Shown here: positions 10,350 through 19,227 of the stretch, piece by piece
Layout: each line of letters begins with the position of its first letter
Position numbering within the stretch: position 1 is the first letter of the stretch
Source: an uncultured archaeon
GTDB lineage: Archaea > Thermoproteota > Nitrososphaeria > Nitrososphaerales > Gagatemarchaeaceae
Direction of reading: 5' to 3'
DNA length: 64,000 nucleotides
Assembly: GCA_963817525.1 (NCBI GenBank)
Contig: CAWFOU010000007.1
Coordinates: forward strand, 768,001 to 832,000
Notes under the pieces: generated by a model
What the model saw: only the letters and a program-made list of their open reading frames with translations
What the model was told of the DNA's origin: nothing
The model's database searches: none
Program-made: the position numbers and the translations under genes

Positions 10350-10422
10350 AGGTGGAATTGTGATAAAAGGGCAACGGTTAATAGCGGATTCTCGGATACT
10401 TCGGGACAGGTGATATTTGGCA

Positions 10423-10657
10423 TTGCCAATGGCCTTTCGTCCTCATTAACGCAGATTTAGGTGCTGAAGAGGAGCTGCTGAAGTCGCTCAGAGGGTTAGA
10501 GTTCGTTCGTGACGTCTACGTTGTCTATGGCGTTTACGACATCATTGCCAGGGTCGAGGCCGACACCATGGAGAAGGTCAAGGAGACCATCACGTGGAAG
10601 ATCCGCAGGCTCGACCGCGTCAGGAGCACCCTGACGATGATCGTCGTCGAAGGCTAA
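10423..10657 (+). pseudogene. Lrp/AsnC ligand-binding-domain protein with one extra T at 10435-10437 (frameshift or read error)
   Basis: Removing one T gives MPMAFVLINADLGAEEELL...VYGVYDIIARVEADTMEKVKETITWKIRRLDRVRSTLTMIVVEG; AGGTGA SD upstream. Confidence 0.8.
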
Positions 10658-10687
10658 GTCTCCAACAAGGCGCGTCCTACTCGCCTC

Positions 10688-11737
10688 TCAGTCTTGGACT
10701 GTGAAGTGGGATAGCACAATGTCGCCCCACTCGTCTACCGCTGCCACGGTGTAGGTACCCGGAGGGAAGAGTAGGAATGTCTCCTGGGGATGGGCAGAGG
10801 CGGAGTCGGTGACCCAGTAGCCAAAGAGGGTCGCCGAAATGCTCGCGTTCACCTGCGTGGGGTTCGTCCCATACGCCGTTGCCTCGCTGCTCTGGGGTCC
10901 GAAGATGTAGTATGAGGCTGCATTTCCCCCGCAGATCGTTTTGCCCTGGCTCAGGGGCACGGGGGTGCCCTGGGTGAAGTTTCCCAGGCCGTAGTCGCCC
11001 TGGTAGACCACGAAGTCGACCCATCCGCCGGCGCAAACACCGTTGATGGTCCAGGGTGTGACCGCCCAATCCTCCCCTGTGGAGAGGTTGTTCGCACTGT
11101 CCAGCGTGTTGACATCGTAGGCCGTCACGGTGATCGTCTGGTTGGCGGTTGCCGTGAGGTTTAGGGTGAGGCTCAGATGGGTCTGTAGGTCGAGTCTCGA
11201 CACCGAAGCAGCAGGAACCTGGATGCTGGCGACCGCGGAAGAAGACTGCACCCCGGACGTGGAGGGTGGAGGCGCTGGTTCGCCAAGGATGAATGCGGTC
11301 GAGTTGAGGAGAACGCAGTAGGCTCCCACTTCGCCCGTGAACCCCAATTCGTAGGCGCAGTTGGCCCACGGTTGACTTTGGTTGTGGTAGGGAACCACGT
11401 TGATGCCGTAGGTCGGAAACGGGAAGACATCGCTCACCACGACTTTGCTGCACGATCCACCAGGCTCTGCGGGAAAGGAAGGTGGGCAGTTGAAAACGTA
11501 GGCTGGTTGTCCCCAGCAGGGCGCGTTGCCTCCATCGCAATTCCCAGACGCTGTGATGAAATCGAACCCGTAGACGGTCAAGAGAGAGCCTGTCGTGGTC
11601 ACAGTGTTGGTCGCGGTGGTTGTAGACGTGCTCGTCGATGTCAGCGTGGTCTTGGTGCCGGACTCATAGACGGTGGTCGATGCAAGGACTATCGTCAGCG
11701 CCACGAGGAGCCCAAACAGCGCGGATTTGACGTTCAA
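10688..11737 (-). CDS. Secreted Cys-containing modular protein (PGxYT..D.WG family)
   Basis: Signal/TM, T-rich linker, GYW...FPPGTYTVAAVDEWGD..SHF. Confidence 0.8.
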   Translation of the reverse strand: MNVKSALFGLLVALTIVLASTTVYESGTKTTLTSTSTSTTTATNTVTTTGSLLTVYGFDFITASGNCDGGNAPCWGQPAYVFNCPPSFPAEPGGSCSKVVVSDVFPFPTYGINVVPYHNQSQPWANCAYELGFTGEVGAYCVLLNSTAFILGEPAPPPSTSGVQSSSAVASIQVPAASVSRLDLQTHLSLTLNLTATANQTITVTAYDVNTLDSANNLSTGEDWAVTPWTINGVCAGGWVDFVVYQGDYGLGNFTQGTPVPLSQGKTICGGNAASYYIFGPQSSEATAYGTNPTQVNASISATLFGYWVTDSASAHPQETFLLFPPGTYTVAAVDEWGDIVLSHFTVQD

Positions 11738-11816
11738 CCTTAGAGGTGTTGAGTCGGCGGGAACCTCATGAAGCTTTGGATAGTTTGTTCAGGCCGCCCC
11801 CGCGGGAGCGCGAGGC

Positions 11817-11849
11817 AGCACTTTGACGATGTTCGTCGTCGAAGCCTAG
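11817..11849 (+). repeat. Degenerate direct repeat of Lrp gene 3' end (10625-10657)
   Basis: agcactttgacgatgttcgtcgtcgaagcctag vs agcaccctgacgatgatcgtcgtcgaaggctaa, 28/33 identical. Confidence 0.85.
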
Positions 11850-11900
11850 GAATATTTTGGTCAAAGAATTATATATAATAGGAATATCCATAGATAGACC

Positions 11901-12098
11901 ATGAAGCCTTCCTTCCTGGTGGTCGCAAGAAACGGTGGGATGCTAAACAAGTTCGAGCAGGACTCGATGCTAAAGTCGTCGAACCTCAAGGACTATCTCG
12001 AAGGCCTCGGCGACTACCAGGACGTCTCGATCTTCCAGTTATCCATGAACAGCGGGATCAGCAAGGATTGGGTGAAGCTGGCCGCGTTCGAGTCCTGA
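11901..12098 (+). CDS. Small hypothetical protein
   Basis: ATG start, TTATATATAA box ~25 nt upstream. Confidence 0.65.
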   Translation: MKPSFLVVARNGGMLNKFEQDSMLKSSNLKDYLEGLGDYQDVSIFQLSMNSGISKDWVKLAAFES

Positions 12099-12112
12099 GG
12101 CAGCACAAGGAC

Positions 12113-13228
12113 TTAGGAGTAAACCCTGGCGATGGCTCGAAGCTGGGCCCTCGACATCTTGACCGGAGGAGTTCCCAGAGACTGGACGAGGACCTGCTGA
12201 TGGCTTCCGGCGCTGCCCGCCTCGCTGACCCGCTCCCCGAAGGTCTCTCCGCGGGTCGCGAACATGCTAGCGAGGAAGGTCGTATACCCGTCTGGCTTCT
12301 GCCATTCTAGTTTCTTGCCGAGCTCCTGGAAGACCTCCCAGAGAAGCGAAGGCCTCGACAATGTCTGGGTCACAGGCGGGAGGGCTGCTTTTGTTTCGCC
12401 GCTCTGGTCTTTTTTGTAAGCCCCCACCGAGCGCACAAAGCCGCCTCGGGTCGCCTCGACCGTGAGCAAGTCGTAATCCATCGTCGAGAGTGACGAAGGC
12501 CATCCCTTCGCGTCGAGCCGCACGGCCTCGACCGAGATGCGCAGCGTGCTCTCGGCCTCCGCGGAGTCGACTGGGAGCAGATACGCCCCGAGCGGCGCCG
12601 AGATGCGGACCAGCTCGCCGAACCTCGCGACGAGCGACTCCTCGGCTCCTCCAATGGTGAGGGAGGCGGCCTCGAGAACCACGAAGAGAGACGGCCCGGT
12701 GTCCCCCAAGATGACCAGTAGCGTCTCGTCTACCCCGCCCAGTACCCTGCCTGCCTGCTTCGTCGCTAGCTTCACCTCCGCCAAGGCGAACCAGTGGAAG
12801 GGGTCGAGGCTGGGCCTGAGCAGGATCGAGTCTGGCACCGGCCGCAGGGCGCCGTGGCATCCCAGCCTGATCGCCGGCGTGCCCCAGAGGAGAAGGACGA
12901 GCCCGACCCCCCCGAAGACAAAGGGCGAGAGAGTCCCGCCCTCCGCTACCGCCACCGCCGCCAGGAAGAGGAAGACCAGCCCCAGCCCACGTCGCAACGG
13001 GTGGCCGACACGGCCTCTGAAGCTCACCGGGACGACGACCTGCGTCCCTTGTCGAGGGATGGTTGGAGCCGCCACCGCGGTCGGGGGGCTCCGCCGCCCG
13101 AGGCGCAGGAGGCGGACGATAAGGCCACCAAAGGCGTAGAGGAAGAGGAGAGCCGAAACAGGCCAGCCGCCGAGCGGGAGGAGCATCAGCCCGACAATGA
13201 CCGCGAGCCCCTTGAGCAGCAGTCCCAT
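12113..13228 (-). CDS. Membrane protein with N-terminal TM hairpins and soluble C-terminal domain
   Basis: Two hydrophobic hairpins; tightly spaced with upstream ATPase genes. Confidence 0.75.
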   Translation of the reverse strand: MGLLLKGLAVIVGLMLLPLGGWPVSALLFLYAFGGLIVRLLRLGRRSPPTAVAAPTIPRQGTQVVVPVSFRGRVGHPLRRGLGLVFLFLAAVAVAEGGTLSPFVFGGVGLVLLLWGTPAIRLGCHGALRPVPDSILLRPSLDPFHWFALAEVKLATKQAGRVLGGVDETLLVILGDTGPSLFVVLEAASLTIGGAEESLVARFGELVRISAPLGAYLLPVDSAEAESTLRISVEAVRLDAKGWPSSLSTMDYDLLTVEATRGGFVRSVGAYKKDQSGETKAALPPVTQTLSRPSLLWEVFQELGKKLEWQKPDGYTTFLASMFATRGETFGERVSEAGSAGSHQQVLVQSLGTPPVKMSRAQLRAIARVYS

Positions 13229-13230
13229 GG

Positions 13231-14313
13231 CTAGTGGAACCCCTCCCCGTCCACCCTCGAGTACCCGTACTTCGCGTACTCCCCCATCGCGGGGTGCCTC
13301 TGGACCCAGATGCGCCTGAGCTCCTTGTCATCGTCGTCCCTCTCCTCCGGGTTGATCTCGGCGGCGTCCTTGTTCCTCTTCGAGGCGCCCTTGGTCAGCT
13401 CGAAGCTGAACTTCGCCTCGTGCCCCAGCATCACCCCGCCGTATGGCCTCCTGTCCCACTCGTGCATTGGGTCGATGGAGACGTGGCTCACCACCACCAC
13501 GGCTATGCCGAACTCGACGCAGAGGCGCTGCGCATGGGATAGTATCATTGCCATCCCCGCACTCCTCGCGGGAAGGTCCTGCGTGTTCGGGAACGTCGAC
13601 TTGAATGGCGCGGAGATCGAGTCGTAGACGAGCAGCTTCACGTTAGTCTCTTTGATCACCTGCCTCAGGACGGACTCGTAGACCGGCGTCCGCTTCAGCC
13701 TTAGGGTGACACGCCCTCCCTCCGAGACCTCCTTATCCGCGACGACCCCGTGGAGGCTGAGGAGGTCGATGACGTCCGGCATCTGTATGACCATCGCCGA
13801 AGGCACCGTCACGTCGTCGAGCTGGAGCTGGAACTCGGGGCAGACCAGGTCGGCCATCGAGCCTATTTCGGATTCACTGTAGACTATGCCGAGCTGGTTG
13901 AGCGCGCTGCTCAGGGAGGTGATGACCTGGCTCCTGGTGGCGGGCTCCTTCTTCTTGTCGCCCCGTCCTGAGCCCGCCCTCTTTGGGACCTTCTCGAGCT
14001 TGAGGTTCTTGAGTTGGAAGTCCTGGCCGAGCTTCGCGCTCAGGCGGGGCACCCAGTAGGGGGCGAGGTAGCTGAAGTAGGACTGCTCGGTGTCGATCAG
14101 CAGGGCGCTGTGCCCGCTCGAGACCGCGGAGAGCGCGGCCTGGAGCGAGAGTATGCTCTTCCCGAGGGCCTTCTCGCCGAAGATCTGCGTGATGGTCCCT
14201 GTCGCCAGCCCGCCGTCCGTGAGGGTGTCGAGGACCTTGCAGTTGGTGGGGAGCCTCTCCAGAGCCCCCACCGGCCCCTGACCCGCCTTTTCCGACTCGG
14301 CCTCCTCCATCAC
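13231..14313 (-). CDS. RecA/RadB-like ATPase with internal insertion
   Basis: LDTLTDGGL..GTITQIFGEKALGKS, IDTE, LLVYDSIS, PYGG motifs. Confidence 0.85.
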   Translation of the reverse strand: MMEEAESEKAGQGPVGALERLPTNCKVLDTLTDGGLATGTITQIFGEKALGKSILSLQAALSAVSSGHSALLIDTEQSYFSYLAPYWVPRLSAKLGQDFQLKNLKLEKVPKRAGSGRGDKKKEPATRSQVITSLSSALNQLGIVYSESEIGSMADLVCPEFQLQLDDVTVPSAMVIQMPDVIDLLSLHGVVADKEVSEGGRVTLRLKRTPVYESVLRQVIKETNVKLLVYDSISAPFKSTFPNTQDLPARSAGMAMILSHAQRLCVEFGIAVVVVSHVSIDPMHEWDRRPYGGVMLGHEAKFSFELTKGASKRNKDAAEINPEERDDDDKELRRIWVQRHPAMGEYAKYGYSRVDGEGFH

Positions 14314-15557
14314 TTGCTCAACTCCAGGAGGCTCTTCCCCTTCTCCGTGAGCGCCAGGACGCTCATCGGTCGCCCGGACTTTAGGTCCTTCTGCACGACC
14401 TCCACGTAGCCCTCGCCCTGGAGCTTGTCCAGAGTCCTCTCGACCAGCCCCTGGTCGTATGCCTGGGAGAGGAACGCGACCACGGACTGCCTCGTCGGCG
14501 CCTCGTAGGAGTCGATGTCGAGCAGCATCTGCGAGATGAGGTCAGCCGTCTCGGCCTCGGGCTGGACGGGCTCCGTCCCCTTGGGCGGCCCGCTCTTGGG
14601 CTCGAACTCCCTCGGGATGAACGTGGTATCGTGACCGTATGGGTGGTTGCGGACCATGAACATGTTGGGGAGGAGGACTTCGTCCCGGCGCGCGCTCCCG
14701 TTCCAGACCGCGCTCGAGTGTATCCTGACGAAGCCGGTCTCCTCGAAGTGCTCGTCGAGGCCGTAGGCGGTCTCCGTCGCGAGGACCTTGGGGATGGGCG
14801 AGGCGACGAACGACGCCAGGAGCCTCTCCGTCCTCCTGAAGACAGGCCTGACCCTGAAGAGCCTCCCTGCCTGCGGGATGATCACCACGTCCGGGCGGCC
14901 TGCGGCTCCCGCCTCGAGGGTCGCGAGGAGCTTCGCGAGGACGAGGGCAGCCGCCGTCTCTACGGCCTCCGGCTGGCCTGCCCCGGCGAAGCTCAGGACG
15001 GCGCTCCTATGCAGCAGCGCGCCCATCGCCCCCGCGTCTCCGACCATGTTGAGGGAGGAGAGCGAGGCGAGCCTCGAGATGAGCCTGTCCGCCGGGCGCC
15101 CCCTGAACTTGTCGTTCTTCTCGACCATGAGGTCGGCCACCGCTGCCGGGCTGGCGACGCCGCGCTCCGAGGCGATGATCTGCATCGCGGAGTTGATTAT
15201 CCCCTCCTGCTCGAAGGAGAGGTCCAGCGCGCACGAGTAGGCGGAGGCGGCGAGCTGCCCGTGGACGCTCGCTGAGGTGCCATCCTCGTCGATCCGGAGG
15301 GCGTCGTAGAGGAAGTGCGGGAGCTCGTACGAGTCGATGTATCCAGAGAGCTTCCCCGAGACCACGCCGCCGATGTCGAGGACGAGCGTCCTGAGCCCCG
15401 CCTCGTTGCAGGCGTAGGCGACTAGCGCGGCGAGGTCCGCCGCCCCCTGCCCCAGGATTGTGATCCCTCTCCGGATGTCTTCCTGGTTGAGCTCGAACCT
15501 GCCCGCTGTGCTCCTGTACCCAAGCCTTACCGACCTTCCGCTTGACTCAGAAATCAT
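14310..15557 (-). CDS. Degenerate HerA/FtsK-like protein with C-terminal winged helix
   Basis: HerA-like start (VRLG...RRGITILG) without GKS/T; wHTH-like tail (LDKLQGEGYVE...LTEKGK). Confidence 0.6.
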   Translation of the reverse strand: MISESSGRSVRLGYRSTAGRFELNQEDIRRGITILGQGAADLAALVAYACNEAGLRTLVLDIGGVVSGKLSGYIDSYELPHFLYDALRIDEDGTSASVHGQLAASAYSCALDLSFEQEGIINSAMQIIASERGVASPAAVADLMVEKNDKFRGRPADRLISRLASLSSLNMVGDAGAMGALLHRSAVLSFAGAGQPEAVETAAALVLAKLLATLEAGAAGRPDVVIIPQAGRLFRVRPVFRRTERLLASFVASPIPKVLATETAYGLDEHFEETGFVRIHSSAVWNGSARRDEVLLPNMFMVRNHPYGHDTTFIPREFEPKSGPPKGTEPVQPEAETADLISQMLLDIDSYEAPTRQSVVAFLSQAYDQGLVERTLDKLQGEGYVEVVQKDLKSGRPMSVLALTEKGKSLLELSK

Positions 15558-15595
15558 GCGGAGAAAGGACGGAGCGGGCTTATAGAGAATTCCTC

Positions 15596-15617
15596 ACCTA
15601 AGATACTTATCTTAGGT
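15596..15617. promoter_or_regulatory. Perfect inverted repeat between divergent genes, candidate operator
   Basis: ACCTAAGATA-ct-TATCTTAGGT. Confidence 0.65.
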
Positions 15618-15624
15618 AAGTCCC

Positions 15625-15918
15625 GTGTTTTCCTTAATTACTCTCGACCCCTCTTCCCGATGGTTGAAGAGGAGGCCGAACGTCCTCATCTACATGGAGA
15701 TCCTCGATCTGCTCTTGGACGGGCCTAGGGGTCCCACGAGGCTCGCGCAAGCCATGGGACTCAACTTCAACAAGTTCCTGGAGTTCGCGACCTTCCTGAA
15801 GGCGAGGGAGCTCATCAGGAGCGTGGACCAGGAAGGACACGAGCTATATTTCATCACTCAGAAAGGCTCCGAGCTCAACAACGACTGGAAGAGGGTCTGG
15901 AACAGGCTCGCCCCCTGA
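15625..15918 (+). CDS. Winged-helix transcriptional regulator (archaeal)
   Basis: RR..LIYMEILD..PTRLAQAMGLNF...YFITQKG. Confidence 0.85.
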   Translation: MFSLITLDPSSRWLKRRPNVLIYMEILDLLLDGPRGPTRLAQAMGLNFNKFLEFATFLKARELIRSVDQEGHELYFITQKGSELNNDWKRVWNRLAP

Positions 15919-15933
15919 GGCAACTTATCATAG

Positions 15934-16350
15934 GTGAGGAAGGGTTTTATGTCAAAAGCGGACTTCGGGCCTCTCGTGGCCGAAGAGCAAGCCGATCACG
16001 CCAAGGTCGCTGTTCTCGACGCCCACGAGGAGTTCGTCCAGCACATCGAGAGCGGGCAGGCCCGGATACGCGTCCTGTCGCTTGTTACTATCGTGGTCGC
16101 CTTCATTCTGCTCGCGTCCTACTTCGACCAGGTCCTCACCCCCTTCACGACCGGGACGAAGGTCGTGACGGTGAACCTCCTCGATCCGACCCTCCTGGCG
16201 CTCGAGCTTATCCTAATCGCCGTGACCTTCGCGTGGCTCTACGTCGGGGTGGTGAACTATCTCTTCGCGTCGCGCCTCGGCAGGCAGATCAAGGAGGCCC
16301 GCGCAAAGGAGAAGGAGATCGAGGGCAGGCTAGGTCAGCCGGGGGCTTGA
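15934..16350 (+). CDS. Two-TM membrane protein
   Basis: Two hydrophobic helices; start may be downstream. Confidence 0.7.
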   Translation: MRKGFMSKADFGPLVAEEQADHAKVAVLDAHEEFVQHIESGQARIRVLSLVTIVVAFILLASYFDQVLTPFTTGTKVVTVNLLDPTLLALELILIAVTFAWLYVGVVNYLFASRLGRQIKEARAKEKEIEGRLGQPGA

Positions 16351-16417
16351 CCACCCCCAACCTGGCGACACTTCGGCCCGCATAGCCTTATCTCATCGCC
16401 GGCCCCGCTGAAACAGC

Positions 16418-17398
16418 ATGGCGCAAGACGAGGCTCCCCTCTCTTGGCAGACGGTCAGGTCCGGTGGCCGCCTGTCGCTAGTCTTGGTCTTCCTGCTCTC
16501 GATAGTGTTCGGGCTCCTCGGGACGGTCCCGTTCCTGGCCTTCGCCCTCGTCTACGGGGCTAACACCGCCGAAAGCATAGTCCAGGCAGACATGTCGGAC
16601 ATCCTGTGGCTGCTGAGGTCCTGGGAGCTCGGGTTCTTCCTGGTCTTCTACCAGCTCGGAAACCGTTTCGACCTCCGACGCCAATACCCGTACCTGGCGG
16701 CCCTGTCCATGGCCGGGGTCCTCATAGGGTCCATCCCCGAACTCGTCTCGATACAGGCCGTCCCCGGCACCTCGTCCGCCACTTTCAGCTTCGCGTTCCA
16801 GGGCGTCGGTCTCGGGGGGACTGTGGCAGTTCTCGTCGGGTACCTCGACAACGCCTTCCAAGACTTCGCCTTTCCGTTCGCCGGCCTCGCGCTGGCCTTT
16901 GTCATCGGGCAGGCACGCTTCAGAGTCCCCTCTGGGAGCCGCCTCCTCGAGGGGCGAGCCCTGGCTCTAGGGTTCGCGATCACCACGATCGCTTTCCTTG
17001 CATCAGGGATCACCTTCGTGCTCGGGTCGCGCTTGTCGAGCCTGTCCGCGTTCGTGGTATCCACTCCGTACGACTCCTACGCGTATGATTTCTTCTACCC
17101 GCTTGTCTTCTTCGTCGTCTTCTACTTCGTCGGCAAGAGGCTGCTTGACTCCAAGGGCGGAATGGTCACGTTCGCAATCTGCGTCTTCGCTGCCGGTGTC
17201 CTCGGATTCCTTGTCGGCCAGCCGCTCGCCTATTATCTCAGGACCTTCGCCTCTACAGGCCAGCCCTCCGCTCCGTTCGCCTTCGACGCTTCATTCTTGG
17301 AGACCGCGCTGGTGCGAGGCGGCTACGTGCTGACCTTGGGACTGGCGGGCGCGTGCTTGGGGTTCGTCAGGAGCATGAAGCGCCAAGCATCATGGTGA
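16418..17398 (+). CDS. Multi-pass membrane protein with internal duplication
   Basis: ~8 TM; FFLVFYQLG / FFVVFYFVG repeated halves. Confidence 0.75.
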   Translation: MAQDEAPLSWQTVRSGGRLSLVLVFLLSIVFGLLGTVPFLAFALVYGANTAESIVQADMSDILWLLRSWELGFFLVFYQLGNRFDLRRQYPYLAALSMAGVLIGSIPELVSIQAVPGTSSATFSFAFQGVGLGGTVAVLVGYLDNAFQDFAFPFAGLALAFVIGQARFRVPSGSRLLEGRALALGFAITTIAFLASGITFVLGSRLSSLSAFVVSTPYDSYAYDFFYPLVFFVVFYFVGKRLLDSKGGMVTFAICVFAAGVLGFLVGQPLAYYLRTFASTGQPSAPFAFDASFLETALVRGGYVLTLGLAGACLGFVRSMKRQASW

Positions 17399-17474
17399 CT
17401 GCCATGTCGCAATTGTCCGGGGAGCTCGCCGGATCCCCGGTCCCGCCTCAGGCTTTTATGCACCCGTCCTTCCG

Positions 17475-17867
17475 GTGAGTGAAATGGAAGCGAGGCTCAT
17501 CTATACGGGGATAAGGGTAAAGGACATGGAGAAGTCCATCGAGTTTTACACGAAGGTCCTCGGGATGAAGGTCACGGGACGGACCAAGATAGAGGCGACC
17601 AAGGGGGAGACGGTGGGACTCGTGACCGAGGAGGGCGGGCACCTCTTGGAGCTCAACTACTACGGGAAGGGGAGCGACTATGACACGAAGTACGGCGTCG
17701 GGGAAGCGTTGGACCACCTGGCCTTCCAGGTAGACGACCTGAAGAAGGCACTAGCCGAGGCGGCCAAGGCGGGCTACCCGGTGGTGCTCGACATGAAGAC
17801 GAAGACGAGTCGATGGACTTACATCAGAGACCCGAACGGGATCTACATCGAGCTTTTCGGAAAATAA
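17475..17867 (+). CDS. VOC-family glyoxalase/lactoylglutathione lyase-like
   Basis: IRVKDMEKSIEFYTKVLGM, LELNY, HLAFQV, DPNGIYIEL. Confidence 0.88.
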   Translation: MSEMEARLIYTGIRVKDMEKSIEFYTKVLGMKVTGRTKIEATKGETVGLVTEEGGHLLELNYYGKGSDYDTKYGVGEALDHLAFQVDDLKKALAEAAKAGYPVVLDMKTKTSRWTYIRDPNGIYIELFGK

Positions 17868-17874
17868 TGAGACT

Positions 17875-19227
17875 ATGAGCTTCCTCCTAGGCATCGACGA
17901 CACGGATTCCAGGTTCGGGCACTGCACGACCCACCTAGGTTATCTGATGACGTCCGAGTTGGCGAGCCTTGGGTGCACCTTCCCGGCCTACCCGCGTCTG
18001 GTCAGGCTCAACCCGAACGTCCCCTTCAAGACGAGAGGGAACGCGGCGGTCTGCATCGAGTTCGAAGCCGGCTCTGAGAGCCTGCGCGACGAGGCCTTCC
18101 GCGCCGCGGAGCGCCTGATGGAGGAGGAGGCCGACGTGGAGAACGGCGCGAACGCCGCTCTGGTGATGGCGCCGAGGGACGACCCGGATCGCCTGGATTT
18201 CTTCAGGCAGGTGTACCTGAGGGCTGTCAGCGGGATCGTGAACTACAGGGGAGTGATTCGTGCCATATCGGAGATGGGAATCCCCCACAGACTGCTGGGG
18301 AACGGGATGGGGGTCGTTGGGGCGGTCGCGAGCATGGGGTTCTCCTGCGACCTGGACGACCACACATACGAGCTCATCGCCTACAGGAGACCCGAGCGCT
18401 GCGGGACGCGCAGGGCGCTCGAGAAGGGGTCTGTCGTCGAGATGGAGGCCGATACCTTCCCGCACACTTTCAATAGCTACGACCACGAGTCGGGGCGGGT
18501 GCTCGTCGCCCCCACAGGCCCCGACCCCGTCCTCGCGGGGGTGAGGGGGGACTCTCCCAAGACGGTGCTCGAGGCGTTCAGGAAGATCCGCATCGGCGAG
18601 GAGCCCCTGGGGCACATGGTCTACGCGACCAACCAGTGCACCGACGCGCACCTGACGGGCAGGCTCGCGACGCCCCTAAAGGCGTACTCGGCCGGCTGGC
18701 TCGAGGGAGAGGTAGCCTCGGTCCGGCCATCCCAGGGCGGCCACCTCGTTCTCGAGCTGCGGGGCCAGGATTCCTCGACGTCTTCGTGCATGGTTTACGA
18801 GCCCTCTGGGGACCTCCGGCGGGCCGCCCGCCTCCTGAGGCCCGGCGACTCGGTCAGGGTCTCGGGCGGGGTGAGGAGGGCCACTTCCAAGAACCCCGCG
18901 GTCGTCAACGTCGAGAAGATTGACGTCCTCTCGACCTCTACCCAATCTATTAAGGCGAGCCTACGGTGCGCCGCCTGCGGCTCAGGGATGAAGTCAGAGG
19001 GCAAAGGGAAGGGATACCAGTGCAGGAAGTGCGGCCACAAGAGCGGAGCCGCCGGAGCGGACAGGGCGCCCAAGCCGGCCCCGTCGGGAATCCGCCCGGG
19101 CACCTATCTTCCCTCCCCGCGCGCGCAGAGGCACCTGACCAAGCAGCTGATACGCTACGGGAACGAGTCCGTGGGCGACCAGGCCGTCGTCGAGGGGTGG
19201 GTGACGCTGGGGGGACGCCCTTCATGA
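17875..19227 (+). CDS. tiaS: tRNA(Ile2) 2-agmatinylcytidine synthetase
   Basis: GIDDTDS..GHCTT, LVRLNPNVPFKTRGN, TNQCTDAH, zinc ribbon, RHLTK. Confidence 0.95.
   Translation: MSFLLGIDDTDSRFGHCTTHLGYLMTSELASLGCTFPAYPRLVRLNPNVPFKTRGNAAVCIEFEAGSESLRDEAFRAAERLMEEEADVENGANAALVMAPRDDPDRLDFFRQVYLRAVSGIVNYRGVIRAISEMGIPHRLLGNGMGVVGAVASMGFSCDLDDHTYELIAYRRPERCGTRRALEKGSVVEMEADTFPHTFNSYDHESGRVLVAPTGPDPVLAGVRGDSPKTVLEAFRKIRIGEEPLGHMVYATNQCTDAHLTGRLATPLKAYSAGWLEGEVASVRPSQGGHLVLELRGQDSSTSSCMVYEPSGDLRRAARLLRPGDSVRVSGGVRRATSKNPAVVNVEKIDVLSTSTQSIKASLRCAACGSGMKSEGKGKGYQCRKCGHKSGAAGADRAPKPAPSGIRPGTYLPSPRAQRHLTKQLIRYGNESVGDQAVVEGWVTLGGRPS

Noticed and set aside
18966-19223. N-terminal extension of first MutS-like ORF
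   Set aside because: Overlaps tiaS; ATG 19224 gives an ATGA-coupled start.
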